A stretch of 64,000 nt of DNA from the human T2T-CHM13v2.0 reference genome, Homo sapiens, in NCBI RefSeq assembly GCF_009914755.1, contig NC_060925.1. One strand, written 5' to 3'. The translations under genes and the position numbers were made by a program. The notes below the pieces were generated by a model. That model was not told the DNA's origin. It worked only from the letters and a program-made list of their open reading frames with translations, and searched no databases. Below, in pieces: positions 39,961-57,440 of this stretch (position 1 is its first letter; every line of letters starts with the position of its first letter).

Positions 39961-41114
39961 TAATTTTCAAAAAAGTAAAATTATGACCCTTCTACAGTTA
40001 TAAAAGAAACATATGTCAAAGATTTTATTTCAACTCTTTAATTACTGAGGGAACCACTAATATAGTAAGATCTGTTCAAATGAGAATTTGACTTATAGAG
40101 CTTTATAATCAACCAGTCAAAATTTGTTTGCTTTGGTATGAATAAGAATTTGCTGCATTGTCAGCAGTTTTCAACAATTTAACAGCTACCTCTGCAGAGC
40201 TGCAAAATAACCTAGTCAATAGAAAGTCAAGGTGTGAATTCTTGGAATCAGATAATCCAGGACTCCACTATAATGCCCAGCACTCCACTGAAAGACACCA
40301 GTGATCCTCTTTGCCCATTTCTGAGTCCTGACAAGTATATAAAGCACAAGGCAGAGTGTACTTGCCATGGAGTCAGTGATGATTACATGGTGGCTGCATT
40401 CATTATCCTTGAATAACATGATTATTTACCTAGAAAATCCAAACAAATCAACAAAATAAATGTATTATGACAGATAGGACAATTACAATCATTAAAATTT
40501 ATCATTACTGTGACTCTTGAGTTCATGCTTCACATTCTTCCCTTCACTGTAAACATACCAATAATAACATTTTTAAAAATATATAAAGAAAAGTCATAGG
40601 CATATTCAAAAGCAGGATAATAGATCACATGCAGCACGATGCCAGAACTGAAGCCTCAGGCAGTGTAGGCAGCCAAGAGTTGGACTCACGTGGGGTGACA
40701 GAGCAAAGCGTTCTTCATAAAGCTGGAAGCAAGGACAGTGTTCCCTTTGCCAGCTCAGTGACTGGATCTCTAATATCCCCAAAGACACCAAGCCACAGGA
40801 GTCCAAGCCACCAACTAAGACCATGCCCTGGTCTAGAGATGGTGGGGGGAGAGTTGGTGAAGGCAACCAAAAAACTGATATCCAAGGAGTCTTGAAGAGG
40901 AGGGAGATGAAAATTCCCACACAAGCTGAACCTGCAAACTAAAGCTTCGAAGAAAAGGAGAAAAATTAACCCTAAGAAAGAGCAAATAAACTTATCCAGG
41001 GCATTAATAGTTAACAGAATATGATGCAGAATTGTGGAAAAATAATGACATGGAAAACACGGTAAAAGAAGGGAAACGTTTCAAGGAAAGGTAAATGTCT
41101 TGAAGACTGATTTG

Positions 41115-41765
41115 CTCATTCGTGATTAGCTCTCAGCTCCAGTTCCACCCTATGATTTCCCCCTATTGCAGGGAAGCAGAATCTGCTTACACCAGAGTCT
41201 TTTCCAAACCTTCCTTTCAGCTGTCTCTCAAAGAGAATTTGGCATTCTGGGAAGCAATGGGAGGCACTGGAAAAAACTGGAAATGAGGAGGATTTCTTCT
41301 CTTCTTGAAGTAGCTCTGATAAACATGGTGGCAGCAGTAACAGCAGCAGGCAAGCCTGAGCCCTGGACATCTGCTCAGGCAACATGGTTCAGACAGTAGA
41401 TGCAGTAGCAGGTACCCCAACAACCTCAGTGGGACAGTTTCCCTAGGCTGCAACAGGGACAGCGGCTGATGACTTTTGGATCCTGGATACCTGTAGCATC
41501 AGCAAGAGCGCTAATTCCCTGCTTCCTGTAAAGCAGCTGCAGTGGGGTTCCAGCGGCATCAGGGGCACAATGACTGTGGGCTCTGGGTAGCAGCATCTTC
41601 CTTTCTGCTTCTCCTGCACTAGTATAGTGGTAACTTCTGGAAGTTACTATCTCTAGGTAACAGATCTTCCCTCTTTCGCTCCTCCAGCCCTTCCAACATG
41701 TTTGCAGCCAGTTTTCTGTCCTACATTCTGTCTGTTGATTCTGATTGCCTGAGGAGACACTGACA
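41115..41765. mobile_element. Ancient ERVL-class LTR (LTR40/41-like)
   Basis: CAATGGGAGGCACTGG motif, GCA-rich middle, CTCCTCCAGCCCTTCCAACA near the end. Confidence 0.4.
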
Positions 41766-43171
41766 GAGTTGGCTATGCCTGCAGAATACGGATGACAGAT
41801 GTGTTGAAAAATCAGAGAAGCTATGATAGTTAAAGAACTATAATGCCAGCAGGAATTGATCTGTCGTGCTAAAAACAAACAAACAAAAACATTACAAATG
41901 TATCCGCGTGTCTATAGACAGGAGGTTAGAAATGACTTGCTCTGGTTATGATTACAGATAATTTTTATTAGGCGAGAACTTCACAAATGCTAGAACTAGC
42001 CTATGTAAGCTCAAATCCCAGTTCTCCCAGCTTCTATCAGTATAGCATTGGGCAGATTTCTTAATCACTCTCTGACTCTTTTTCTCTAAATGCAAAGTGG
42101 TTGAAATAGTATCTCAAAAAGTTATGGAAAAAAAGTGAGTCAATAAATTTTTTAAAATGGAGAAGAGAGACTGGTTCATGGTACTCTACAAGTGGTTTTC
42201 TAAAATGTTTTTCTTTATCCAGATCCTTACTGGTTAAAAAAAAAAAGAATGAGCATAATAATTTTTTAACCAATAAATAAATAAAATGTTTGTATTTATT
42301 TTCCAATTTTAATAAAGGATATATATATTACTACTGACCAGAAAATGTCATATATAAAAAGATAAACATGGCATTCCATAAAAAATGAACATAAATTATC
42401 TTAAAATTATTGCCAAATTTGTGATTTCTACAGTATTACAGGGTTGCAAAGCTTCTTGGAAGATAAACTAGACTCCTCTAACTTTTAGCAAGTCTATTCC
42501 TCTACTTTCTTCATATCAATAGCCAACATCCTGTCATGAAAATATTCATCTGGATTCACCTAAGTCCTTCTGAATATACGTTTTCCTCCTCTCACGCAGT
42601 TTTCAAATTGTATTTAGAACATTCAATCAACATCTTACATGTAACAATATTCTCTGTATTTAAACATTATGCTGTGCCTTTTCCTATTTATTGCCAGGTG
42701 AAATAGATTTTTCTATGGTTATTCACAAAAATCTCAAAGTAAAAATGAAATGAACTGATAAACTCATGAATTAATGTGTTATGTTAGGAAGAATACTTGT
42801 TTCAAATTGTAGGGGCTGCCATGGAGGGTGGAGTGGCTTTCCTGATTGATAAATGTACAGCTTGGCCCCTTCTTTGGGATCCTCCTTTCTGCAGAGAGTT
42901 CCAGTTTTCGTGTTCTCTTTCCTGAGGGACAGTGGAGGCCTAGGGGTAAGCTGGCTTCATTCAGGAAGATCACATTAACAGGCTTGTTCAAGCGGATTTT
43001 TCAGCAGTAAACCCTTTATTTTGATTTCTGTGTTTTATTCCTGCATCTTTTACTCTCAGTTTGTCCTAAAATCAGGTGGGGAAGAAAAGATAAATAGTGA
43101 AAAGATGAATAGTGATCCCCTCAAACTACAGCATGTTAACTCAGGCATATTACTTTAATTTCCACTTAAAC

Positions 43172-43770
<599 letters not shown>

Positions 43771-44719
43771 CACATGACTGCAGCCTTCCTGTCTTAGATT
43801 CCTGTGTGAGGTAGCTGGCCAGCCATCTGAAACTGCCTCTTATTGGTGCTTAACATCCACGAAGTCACTTATTCTCAATTGGTGACCCAGACATCTACAT
43901 TGCCTTCCAGTAAGTGAGATACTTTCATCGTTAGAGTTTTGCAAGACTGGACCACTTTCAAATGAGAACTCTTAACTCTCAATAAGAACATGCAACCTCA
44001 TGTAACTCAAATAAGTGCAGGAGCTGCATGCAGACATGGCAAGTTCAAAGGCATCTGACAGTTTTCAGATCACTGCAGAAGTGTGAAGTAGCTTCCTATT
44101 ATTGCTAACAGATACGTATCACACAGTGTTGTAAGATCTTGAGTAGCAGAATTCTTTTGTTTTTCTCTTGTGATCCCTTTTTGTACACTGGGTGTATTAA
44201 GAAGTAAAAGCATGTCTAATCAATGTGCCGTACCAGTGGTACATTACTGCATTACTTTTCTATGAAAATACCACACATTTTAAAAATAAATTCAAGAAAA
44301 CCATCTACAATCCCAGAAATGAGAACTATTATTTCTAAGAAGACACAGAAAGCCACATGACTAATGCTGGAGAGAGTGCTAAGCCAAGATACAAAATTCT
44401 GTCAATTTCCTTGAAAAAAAGAGAGCTCTACAAAGACCTGGAAACTATTCAGAACATTTTCTAAAGTGACGTCAATTTTGATGGTATCAAAGTTAAAGCA
44501 TTGTTGTGATGCTGTAGCGCCCTTAAGCTCCACTAGCTCTGTCTTCTTCTAGAGCTATACCTCATCCAGTGGCATGATCTAAATAGCATCTATATATTTT
44601 TATCTCAGTCTGTTGGCTCCCTTTAGCATGACGAGATTTCACAGCCAATGAAGCTTGATTTTGAAAGCCTGTATAAATTAGCCTGCACTATGAATCTCTG
44701 AGAAATTGATGACAGCTCC

Positions 44720-45780
44720 TCAATGTATTTCTCTAGCCCTGACCCCTCTTATAAGCAACGTAGTCAAATACCCAGTTGAGTTCTCTGATTACAATCTTCA
44801 CATGAAAATATCAGATATTTCAAAACCAACAAAAGCTTTTGTCTCCCAAATATACTCCCACGCAGTCCTTGCTCAACTTATAAATGCATGTTCATCTACC
44901 CAATTGCTTAAATCAGAATGGTGGGAGTTATTTTTTCTTGAGTCTGCTTTTTCCCTCACTGCCTTTCCAGATGCAAATTTCCAAAGCATTATCAAGTTCT
45001 TCTACTGTTTCTACTTCCAAAATATAGTGCAAATCTGTCCACATGATTGCACCTCCACTGCCATCACACTGACCCAAACTATAGTCATTCTTGATTGACT
45101 CTGACATATTCATTCATTCACTTATCACACACTCACTCATACAGTTTCTATATATGCTAAGCACAACTGCCTCCTAGTTGTTCTCCATCCTCTTGCCCTA
45201 TTATCTATCCTGCACCCAGCAGCCTCACAGATTGTTGTCAATACACAAATCATGATGTTGCCCTGCTTAGAACTCTCCAGTGGCTTTCATTGAACCTCTT
45301 ACTGTGTCCTACAAAGCTTGGCCCTCCTACTTTGTTTCTAGCAATAAGAAGCCACCTTCAAGGAACCAGGCCCTCCTCCTATTCTCCTTCATTCATTGTG
45401 GTTCAGCCATAATGGCCTTACTTCAATTGCTTAAGCAAGCTAAGAATTCCCACCTCCTAGCCTCTGCACTCTCTGCATGCTCTGCTTGGAATAACCTTTA
45501 CATTTCTGGCCTCTTCTAAGCATTCAGATTTCAGTAACAATGTTCCCTCCTAGCATAAGTCACTCTCTCCAAAATCCAGCCATCTTCATCCTGAGTCTAT
45601 CATTTAATGGTTTTATCTCCTTCCCAATGATCAGCCCTATATAAAACTGTCTTATTTGTTTACTTGTTCGATTATTTGCCTCCCACACCAGAGTAGCAAT
45701 TCCATGAAAGCTGGGATATTTTCTGACTCATATAAAGAACACTATCTAGATCACATATTCAATTAGTCAGTAAATAGCAC
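44720..45780 (+). mobile_element. L2 LINE 3' remnant
   Basis: CTACTTCCAAAATATA, CTGCCTCCTA, CTGCTTAGAACTCTCCAGTGGCTT, CTCTGCTTGGAAT are L2-type motifs. Confidence 0.65.
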
Positions 45781-45977
45781 CTAAACATTAAGAAGGCCAA
45801 AAAAGTTTTAATAGCAAACATATGAGGACATATATTTCAATATGAAAAATGTTACCAATATATATATAGGATATATCCATTTCCTATACCAAAGTGTGTT
45901 ATTAAAGAACTATAAAATATTTTTAAATTGAGTATTTTTAAAGCACATCATTTAGATACTATAATCAATCCATTTGT

Positions 45978-46422
45978 TTCTTAGTTCTCTATTGCTAAGT
46001 AATAAATCACCCTAAAATTTAGTGGCTTAAAACAACAAACATTTACTATTGAGGGTTAGGAATCTGAAAGGGGCACCACTAGGTGGCTTTGTCTCAGGGT
46101 CTCTTGTGAGATGGCCATCATCTGAAGGGACCACAGAGTCAGCTTCCAAGCTCCTGTTGGCAGGAGGCTCCAGTTTTGTACGATGTGGACCTTTCCATAG
46201 AGCTGCTCACATAACATGGTAGCTGACTTCCCCAGAGCAAAGAATCAGAGAGAGAGCACCCCAGCATATGTAACCTTTTATAACTTCAGAAGCAACAACC
46301 CTCACTTCTGCCACTTCCTATTGGTCACAGAAACTGACCCTGGTAGAGAGTGGAAGAGGAACTACACAAGGCGGAGAAGGAGGTGGGGATCATTGTGGGC
46401 CGTCTTAGACACTGTTCATCAC
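45978..46422 (-). mobile_element. MLT1F/G-like MaLR LTR
   Basis: TATTGCT..TAATAAATCACCCTAAAATTTAGTGGCTTAAAACAACAAACATTTA...CACTTCTGCCAC..CTATTGGTCACA...GGCCGTCTTAGA. Confidence 0.75.
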
Positions 46423-46469
46423 AATTTGGAATATGAAGACCACTGTCATGCTTATTGCCAAATTTTTTT

Positions 46470-46800
46470 CCTGAGTCAGTAACTCATGCAGCCAAGAGTA
46501 ACAGAAACCCAGCAAATGGTCATTTAAACAAGGAAGAGGAGTGTATATTTTATGCCATAAGAAGTCCCGAGTAGGAGGTCCACAGTTAGTACAGTAGGTC
46601 AAGAGCACCTTCAAAGAGTCTTCTGGCTTCTCAGCTCCACCACCTGGGGTGAATGAAGCAGCACTTCCAGAGCATACTAGAAAGAGACTGTGTGGTATCA
46701 GTGACTTTCTCTTTACATCTCACTGGCCAGAACCTTGTCAAGCAACTTTTATTTGTAAGGCAAACTGGGGAACTTTTAGATATTCCAACCTCTATAATAG
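46470..46800 (-). mobile_element. Old MLT1-type LTR fragment
   Basis: GAGTAACAGAAACCC...TTTAAACAAG...CATAAGAAGTCC...TTACATCTCACTGGCCAGAAC. Confidence 0.5.
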
Positions 46801-49800
46801 ATGACAGCAGGGAAAAACAAGGAAAACAGGTGTTGACTGAGGGCACAGTATGTGTCACGTTTCCTAAGTTCAGCTTTTGAACACCACATTTTTGGGAGGG
46901 TGGATCATAATACAATCATTTATTGGAGCTATACTGTAACACAAGAGAAGTACAGGGCCCTGTACATAGCAGGTCCTTATTATTTCTTGAATGAATGTAT
47001 TATATACTAGTGTTTAATATATCTTATAAGCATTAGCCTTATACAAGCATTTCCTAAAATGACTTTGTATTGTGTTTGTATTAATTGGGAAAAACAGATT
47101 TTCCATTACTATGAAATGAAAATAGTAAAAAGCATAATAATTCTACGTGCCTTACTTTTTCTTAATTTCTAGATTTCTGTTCCAGGTTTTGATCTGTGCA
47201 GGAAACACTGAGCCCATTTACACTTCAGCTCTGTGATTCCTCTGCTTCCCCCTGTGCCCCCAAACCTTCTCCTCCTATCCTACAGCCCTGCCTCACACAG
47301 AAATTCTTTTTATTTCATTGTTCTTCTTGGTTCAGAATTTGCTTTTTTAAAATAAGATAAAAAAGACAAAGTGATAGGGCAAGTTGATTACATATATTCC
47401 CCTTAGAAAAAAAAAAATGATGTTATAAGAAACTAACTTTGTAAAAGGGACAACCCAAAAAACAAATTGCATTCTGAAAATACCAGGAAATGCCAACATA
47501 GCATTTTTGTACTTCAAAAAAAAGTCTTCAACTTTTATGCCAAAACAGACTTCAAAATTGAAGCTGTTAAAAATACACACTTAATTTAGTAGCTTTTAAT
47601 TCACAGGGCTTTTTCATGGGTGGAGTTGCTAAGTGGTGAGTTGATTTTTGCCACAGAGGAGAAGACTGCCTCCATAAAATCAGACTTTTACTAAGAATAG
47701 ACTTGTGGGCCGCAGGATAATTAAAAAGTGCTTGGCATAATTGAAGTTCTGGTGAGGAAATGATTAAAGTCATGGTTTGCATGTTGGTTGTATACAAACT
47801 ACTTTAAAGCTTGGATATTGGAATGTGTAGCCTTCAAAGGATCATATTAAGATGAATAACATTTAAAATACCATTGATAAACTATATTTTTCATTTTTAA
47901 ATAGAACTAGGATCACTAAAATTACATATTGAAATTATATATTGATTTGACATGAATAGTGAAACTTGCTATATCTATTAGAAATATAGAAAAGCATGTT
48001 TTTAAAAGTGTAGCTTATGTTCTTATTCAAAACAATGAAAAAAAAGTTTACTTGGCCATTTTAGCAACGATAAGACAATCTTAGTGCTGCTAAAATTAAA
48101 AGGTTCAAACATTTTCAATACTATTCAGTATCTCTAGGTTAGTGAGTTATCAAAATTTAAAGGTATTGATACTTAGTTCTTGTTACTTGTAAGAGAACTA
48201 GATACTGTTTCTCCCCCGGGGCTAAATTATTTAAAGTTAAAGAATTAGGCCTTCTTTAAAGGTTAAGCAATATGATTAAGCAACAATGAATAGTGCTTAA
48301 TTTGGACAATGGGATCTGGGATGAGAAGCAGCTGAAGTAATATTTTCACATCATATTCTTTGGTATTCTTTGAATTTATTTTTAATTTAAAAATTACTAC
48401 TTTTGTAATTAAATTATTAATGATAAACTGAAGTTGAAAACTTTATAAGATCAAAATCCCTGAAGAAACAAAAATATAAAGCATGAAAAATAATTGCCTT
48501 TATTGAAACTTGAAAAGTAGCCTTATATGTGATATGAATAAATAAGTTTCAAAACAGTAAGATCCAATCCTAAGATTTTATTAAGCCCAAATTGGAAAAC
48601 TTTTAGATTACATATTATTTTTTGCTGTAGATTTTTTAGAAAAAAAATCTATCCTAATAAATCAGGAAACCACAAATCCCTCTTCATTAAATACCAATGA
48701 CTCTTGAGTATTTGGAAGGAAATACTGCCTTCCTTAGCTCTTTCACAATAATTCTGAAGTAACATTAACGTGCTTTTTTAACAGTCAAGTTCCTGGTATA
48801 AATGTGCATCCCTTCTTACGATTTACAGGGGATGTTTTAATTTGTCAATGAAAGAAATTTATAATAAATAACATAAATTTCAAATTTGGCTAATACTTTC
48901 TACAATCCCTTAAATGATTTAGGGTTTGTTTGGAATTTTTTTGTATGATTAACTTAGAGCCTCATCTAATTTCAAAGCTATTATGATTATGAGAAACTAG
49001 TGTAGGCACTTGTTTAGAACTGCAAAGGTTGACAGTGTTCTGAGTCTGTCCTAAATATGATTTTAAAATATGATAAATATTTACATCATTATGTAAATAA
49101 TATAGACACTGGAAATAAAATTAACACATGAGCAACAATGCAGTAACAAAGAACACAGAAAAATTCTGTGACTTGTTAAATCAAACATCACATTCGTTCC
49201 CCAATAAACACACACAAATACACTGGAAAATAATTAGACAAACCCATAAGTTAAAATCAGACAAAAATATAAGCAAAATAATAATTTTCTTTTTCCTAAT
49301 TAAAAAAAATAAAAGGAATCTGAAACAAAATTGGTCTCCCTCGACCCCACTTTTTCCTCGTGTATTTTAGTTGATGGCACTAACTGGTACCTGATCAGCA
49401 ATCTGTGCATCCCTCCCAACAAAAGCCAATGAGTCACCAAGTCATGTGGATTTCATGTTATCAAATTTCATGACTTTATCCCCTTTTCGCTATTCCTACT
49501 ATTGCTACCCTCCTTGTTGTTTACTAGACTATGACACAGTCACCTATTGGGTCTCCCAGCCTCCAGTGTTCCTTCTCCCTCTTCACCCATTCTCATCCTT
49601 CCCAACAACATAGTGATATTTCATGGTCACCAGAGTTATCTACATAAATGAAAATTTGACCACATATGTCCCTGTTTGGACAGAATTCTAGAAAAGATGG
49701 TGTCAGGCACATTTTCTCTTTCAAAAATTCTACTTTGACAAGGAGAGAATAGACAGACAGTAAAATATCTGGATCTTAAGTCAGATGATTTAATGACATT

Positions 49801-50259
49801 GATCCAGTGACGATAATGTTTAAAGGGACCTCTGGGATAAAAAAGGATCCAGGGAAACACAGCATAAACGCTTACGCCACCCACAAAAGAAAAAGAATTT
49901 GAAGGCCTCAAACATTTCTTCCGTGGGTGTCAGAAGACAGGAAGTAACATCTACAGAGCTTTGAAGGAAACAGTTGTAACTCCAAGATTTTCTTCCCACT
50001 AAAGTTTCTGCTCAGGTTTCCACATGTAAATGAAGGCAAGAAGGAAATCATGAATATGAGAACCCTAAATATATTCCAAATACAGATAATTACTGAATAA
50101 AATGTTTAAAGCATATCCTAGAAAAATTAAAGGTAAAACAAAAATAACAATTGAGTGTTGATACCAAAAAGAACATGACATCAGCTAACAATATAATTAT
50201 AAATTTAAATGATTATTTTATACATGGTTACAACCTTAATTTTTATTATTATCATTTTT

Positions 50260-50420
50260 AATAATAATTTAGCACATTCGTAGGTTATATAGTGATATTT
50301 CCATACATATAATATATAGTGATCAGATCAGGGTAATTAGCATATTGATCATCTCAAACATTGATCATTTGTTTGTGTTGGCAACATTCAATATCCTTTT
50401 AACTATTTGAAAGTATATAT
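50260..50420 (-). mobile_element. Short L1MA 3'-end fragment
   Basis: ATAGTGATCAGATCAGGGTAATTAGCATA..CATCTCAAACATT..CATTT.TTTGTGTTGG. Confidence 0.75.
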
Positions 50421-50805
50421 TAATATTTATTTTTATAAAAATAATAGAGAATTTTTAATCTCAGACTGGGAAGAAAAGATGGGAAAGTATCAAGTTCTTT
50501 ATCTCCAGGAGAAAGTACTGAAACAAAATAACAAAGAACAATAGAAACAATGAAATTGGCACAATTTATCATACAAATATGAAGAAAAAAATATTTAGAG
50601 GTTGCAAAAGTATGTAGAATAAAAATACTAGATATATAAGGAAAAATGGGCAGAAACACACTCTCTGTAGGAGAATTTACAGTATTAATCTATAATAGGT
50701 AAAATAGACACAATAAAGAAGATATAGAAAATTAATAATGGAGTAGAGAAAGATACTTAATAAATTCCCAACAGCAGAAATTATGAAGACCATATTTTTA
50801 CTACA

Positions 50806-51548
50806 CAATAGTTTACCCTTATCCTCAAGGGATACATTTTAAGACCCCCAGTGGATGCCCAAAACTGAGGACAGTACCAAACTTTATATATACTGTATTA
50901 GTCTGTTCTCACATTGCTATAAAGAAATACCTGAGACTGGGTGAAGAAAAGAGGTTTAATTGGCTTATGGTTCCACAGGTTGTGCAAGAAGCATGGCAGC
51001 ATCTGCCTTGTAGGAGGCCTAGGGGAGCTTTTACTCCTGGCAGAAGGCAAAGCAGGAGCAGGTGTCTTACATGTTACAGGAGCAGGACCAAGGTTGGGGG
51101 AGGTGCCACACACTTTTCAATGATGAGATCTCACGAGAACTCGCCTGCTATCACAGAACTAGCACCTAGAGGGACAGTGTTAAACTATTCATGAGAAACA
51201 GCCCCATGATCAAATCACCTCCCACCAAGCTCTAACTCCAGCACTGGGAATTACAATTTGACATAAGATTTGGGTGGGGACACAGATCCAAACCATATCA
51301 TATATTATGCTTTTCCAATACATACATAACTATGATAAAGTTTAATTTACAAATTAGGGATAGTAAGTGACTAACAACAACAATAATAAAACAAAATAAT
51401 TATATCAATATACTGTAATAAAAGTTACATGAATGTTGTCTCTCTAAAAATATCATATTGTATTGTACTCACCTGTTTTCTGACCATGGTTGACCATAAG
51501 TAACTGGAACCATAGAAAATGAAACCATGGATGAGGGGAGGATTGCTG
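50806..51548 (-). mobile_element. MER44 (Tigger7-family) DNA transposon split by an MST LTR
   Basis: Degenerate TIRs CAATAGTTTACCCTTATCC / GGATGAGGGGAGGATTGCTG; AAGACCCCCAGTGGATGCC and GACCATGGTTGACC..GTAACTG. Confidence 0.8.
50894..51300 (-). mobile_element. MSTA-like solo MaLR LTR
   Basis: TGTATTAGTCTGTTCTCACATTGCTATAAAGAAATACCTGAGACTGGG...GGGACACAGATCCAAACCATATCA; 5-bp TSD TATAC/TATAT. Confidence 0.9.
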
Positions 51549-51829
51549 TGATTAAAAAAATAAAGAAGGAATAACTTTAAAAACATAAATGTGAAATAAG
51601 AAAAATAAGAACAAACCAAAACCTCAAAAAAATGCAAACCACACACATGAATCTGCAACATACACACTCACTCTTAAGTGAAGTAGCCAAAAGTCATATG
51701 TCAAATTTATGAAGACTTTCATTATTAAAAAATAAAATAAATTACTACAGTGAATTAAAGTAGATGAAAAAACATAGATATATTTGTATATTCCATGTTC
51801 TGCAAGAATACACTAAAATTAAAACAAAA

Positions 51830-52077
51830 CATTTTGTAGCTTCTGGAGGTTGCTACGAACTCACTCATTATTCTGCAAATTGAATCAAATATTCATCTTT
51901 TCCCTTATAACCTGTATGTGAGGATAAGCACAGTTGATGAAGGAAAGTTCTTTACAGAAAAATCACAGTGAATAAATGCAGAACAATGACAAAATTAGAA
52001 AAATCACTAATTTGATTCCTTAATAAAATAATGGATCTTGGCAATGATTATCAATGGCTGCTTAAAATCATTAGGTT
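51830..52077 (+). mobile_element. L1MC4/5-type 3' fragment, left half; continues at 57023
   Basis: GTTGATGAAGGAAAGTTCTTT, AATAAATGCAGAA, GGATCTTGGCAATGATTATCAATGGCTG. Confidence 0.65.
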
Positions 52078-52091
52078 AAAAAGTTGATCTA

Positions 52092-57012
<4,921 letters not shown>

Positions 57013-57022
57013 GGTTGATCTA

Positions 57023-57440
57023 ATTTTTTAATGAATGAATCAGTCTGACATCACGTGAAATCACTGACCCATTTTCACATTAATAAAAGGGTAACAATCA
57101 GACATTACCATACTCTTAGCATGATACAATTGAAAGCATACGGTATCACCTATGAAGAATACTTGCCAAAAAAATTTTAGACCTGAATTCATTCAAGATC
57201 TTGGACGTAACTACTGGTTTACAGGAAATAGAGGAGATGGAGAAACATCTTAAAATGTCATGAGCCAAATACAAATTGTGGGAACTCTTACAGGGCAAAT
57301 GATCAAATTTATCCATAAATAAATGTCATGACAATACAGGAGGAGGCTGCTATAGATTACAAGAAACATATCCACCAAATGAAATATGTGGATTTCATTT
57401 TGATCCCAATATGAACAAGTCATTTGTAAAGACATTGTAA
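57023..57440 (+). mobile_element. L1MC4/5-type 3' fragment, right half
   Basis: ATCACCTATGAAGAATACTTGCC, TTTACAGGAAATA, AAATGTCATGA; continues the element cut by the L1PA. Confidence 0.6.

Noticed and set aside
40606-40924. Three overlapping ORFs, including an 88-aa Ser-rich one
   Set aside because: No recognised domain, TSD or poly(A); the 3' part resembles ancient L1M sequence; a BLAST search would be needed to revive it
41426-41878. 150-aa minus-strand ORF
   Set aside because: Mostly overlaps an apparent ancient LTR, starts at a non-ATG codon, and shows no protein-family features
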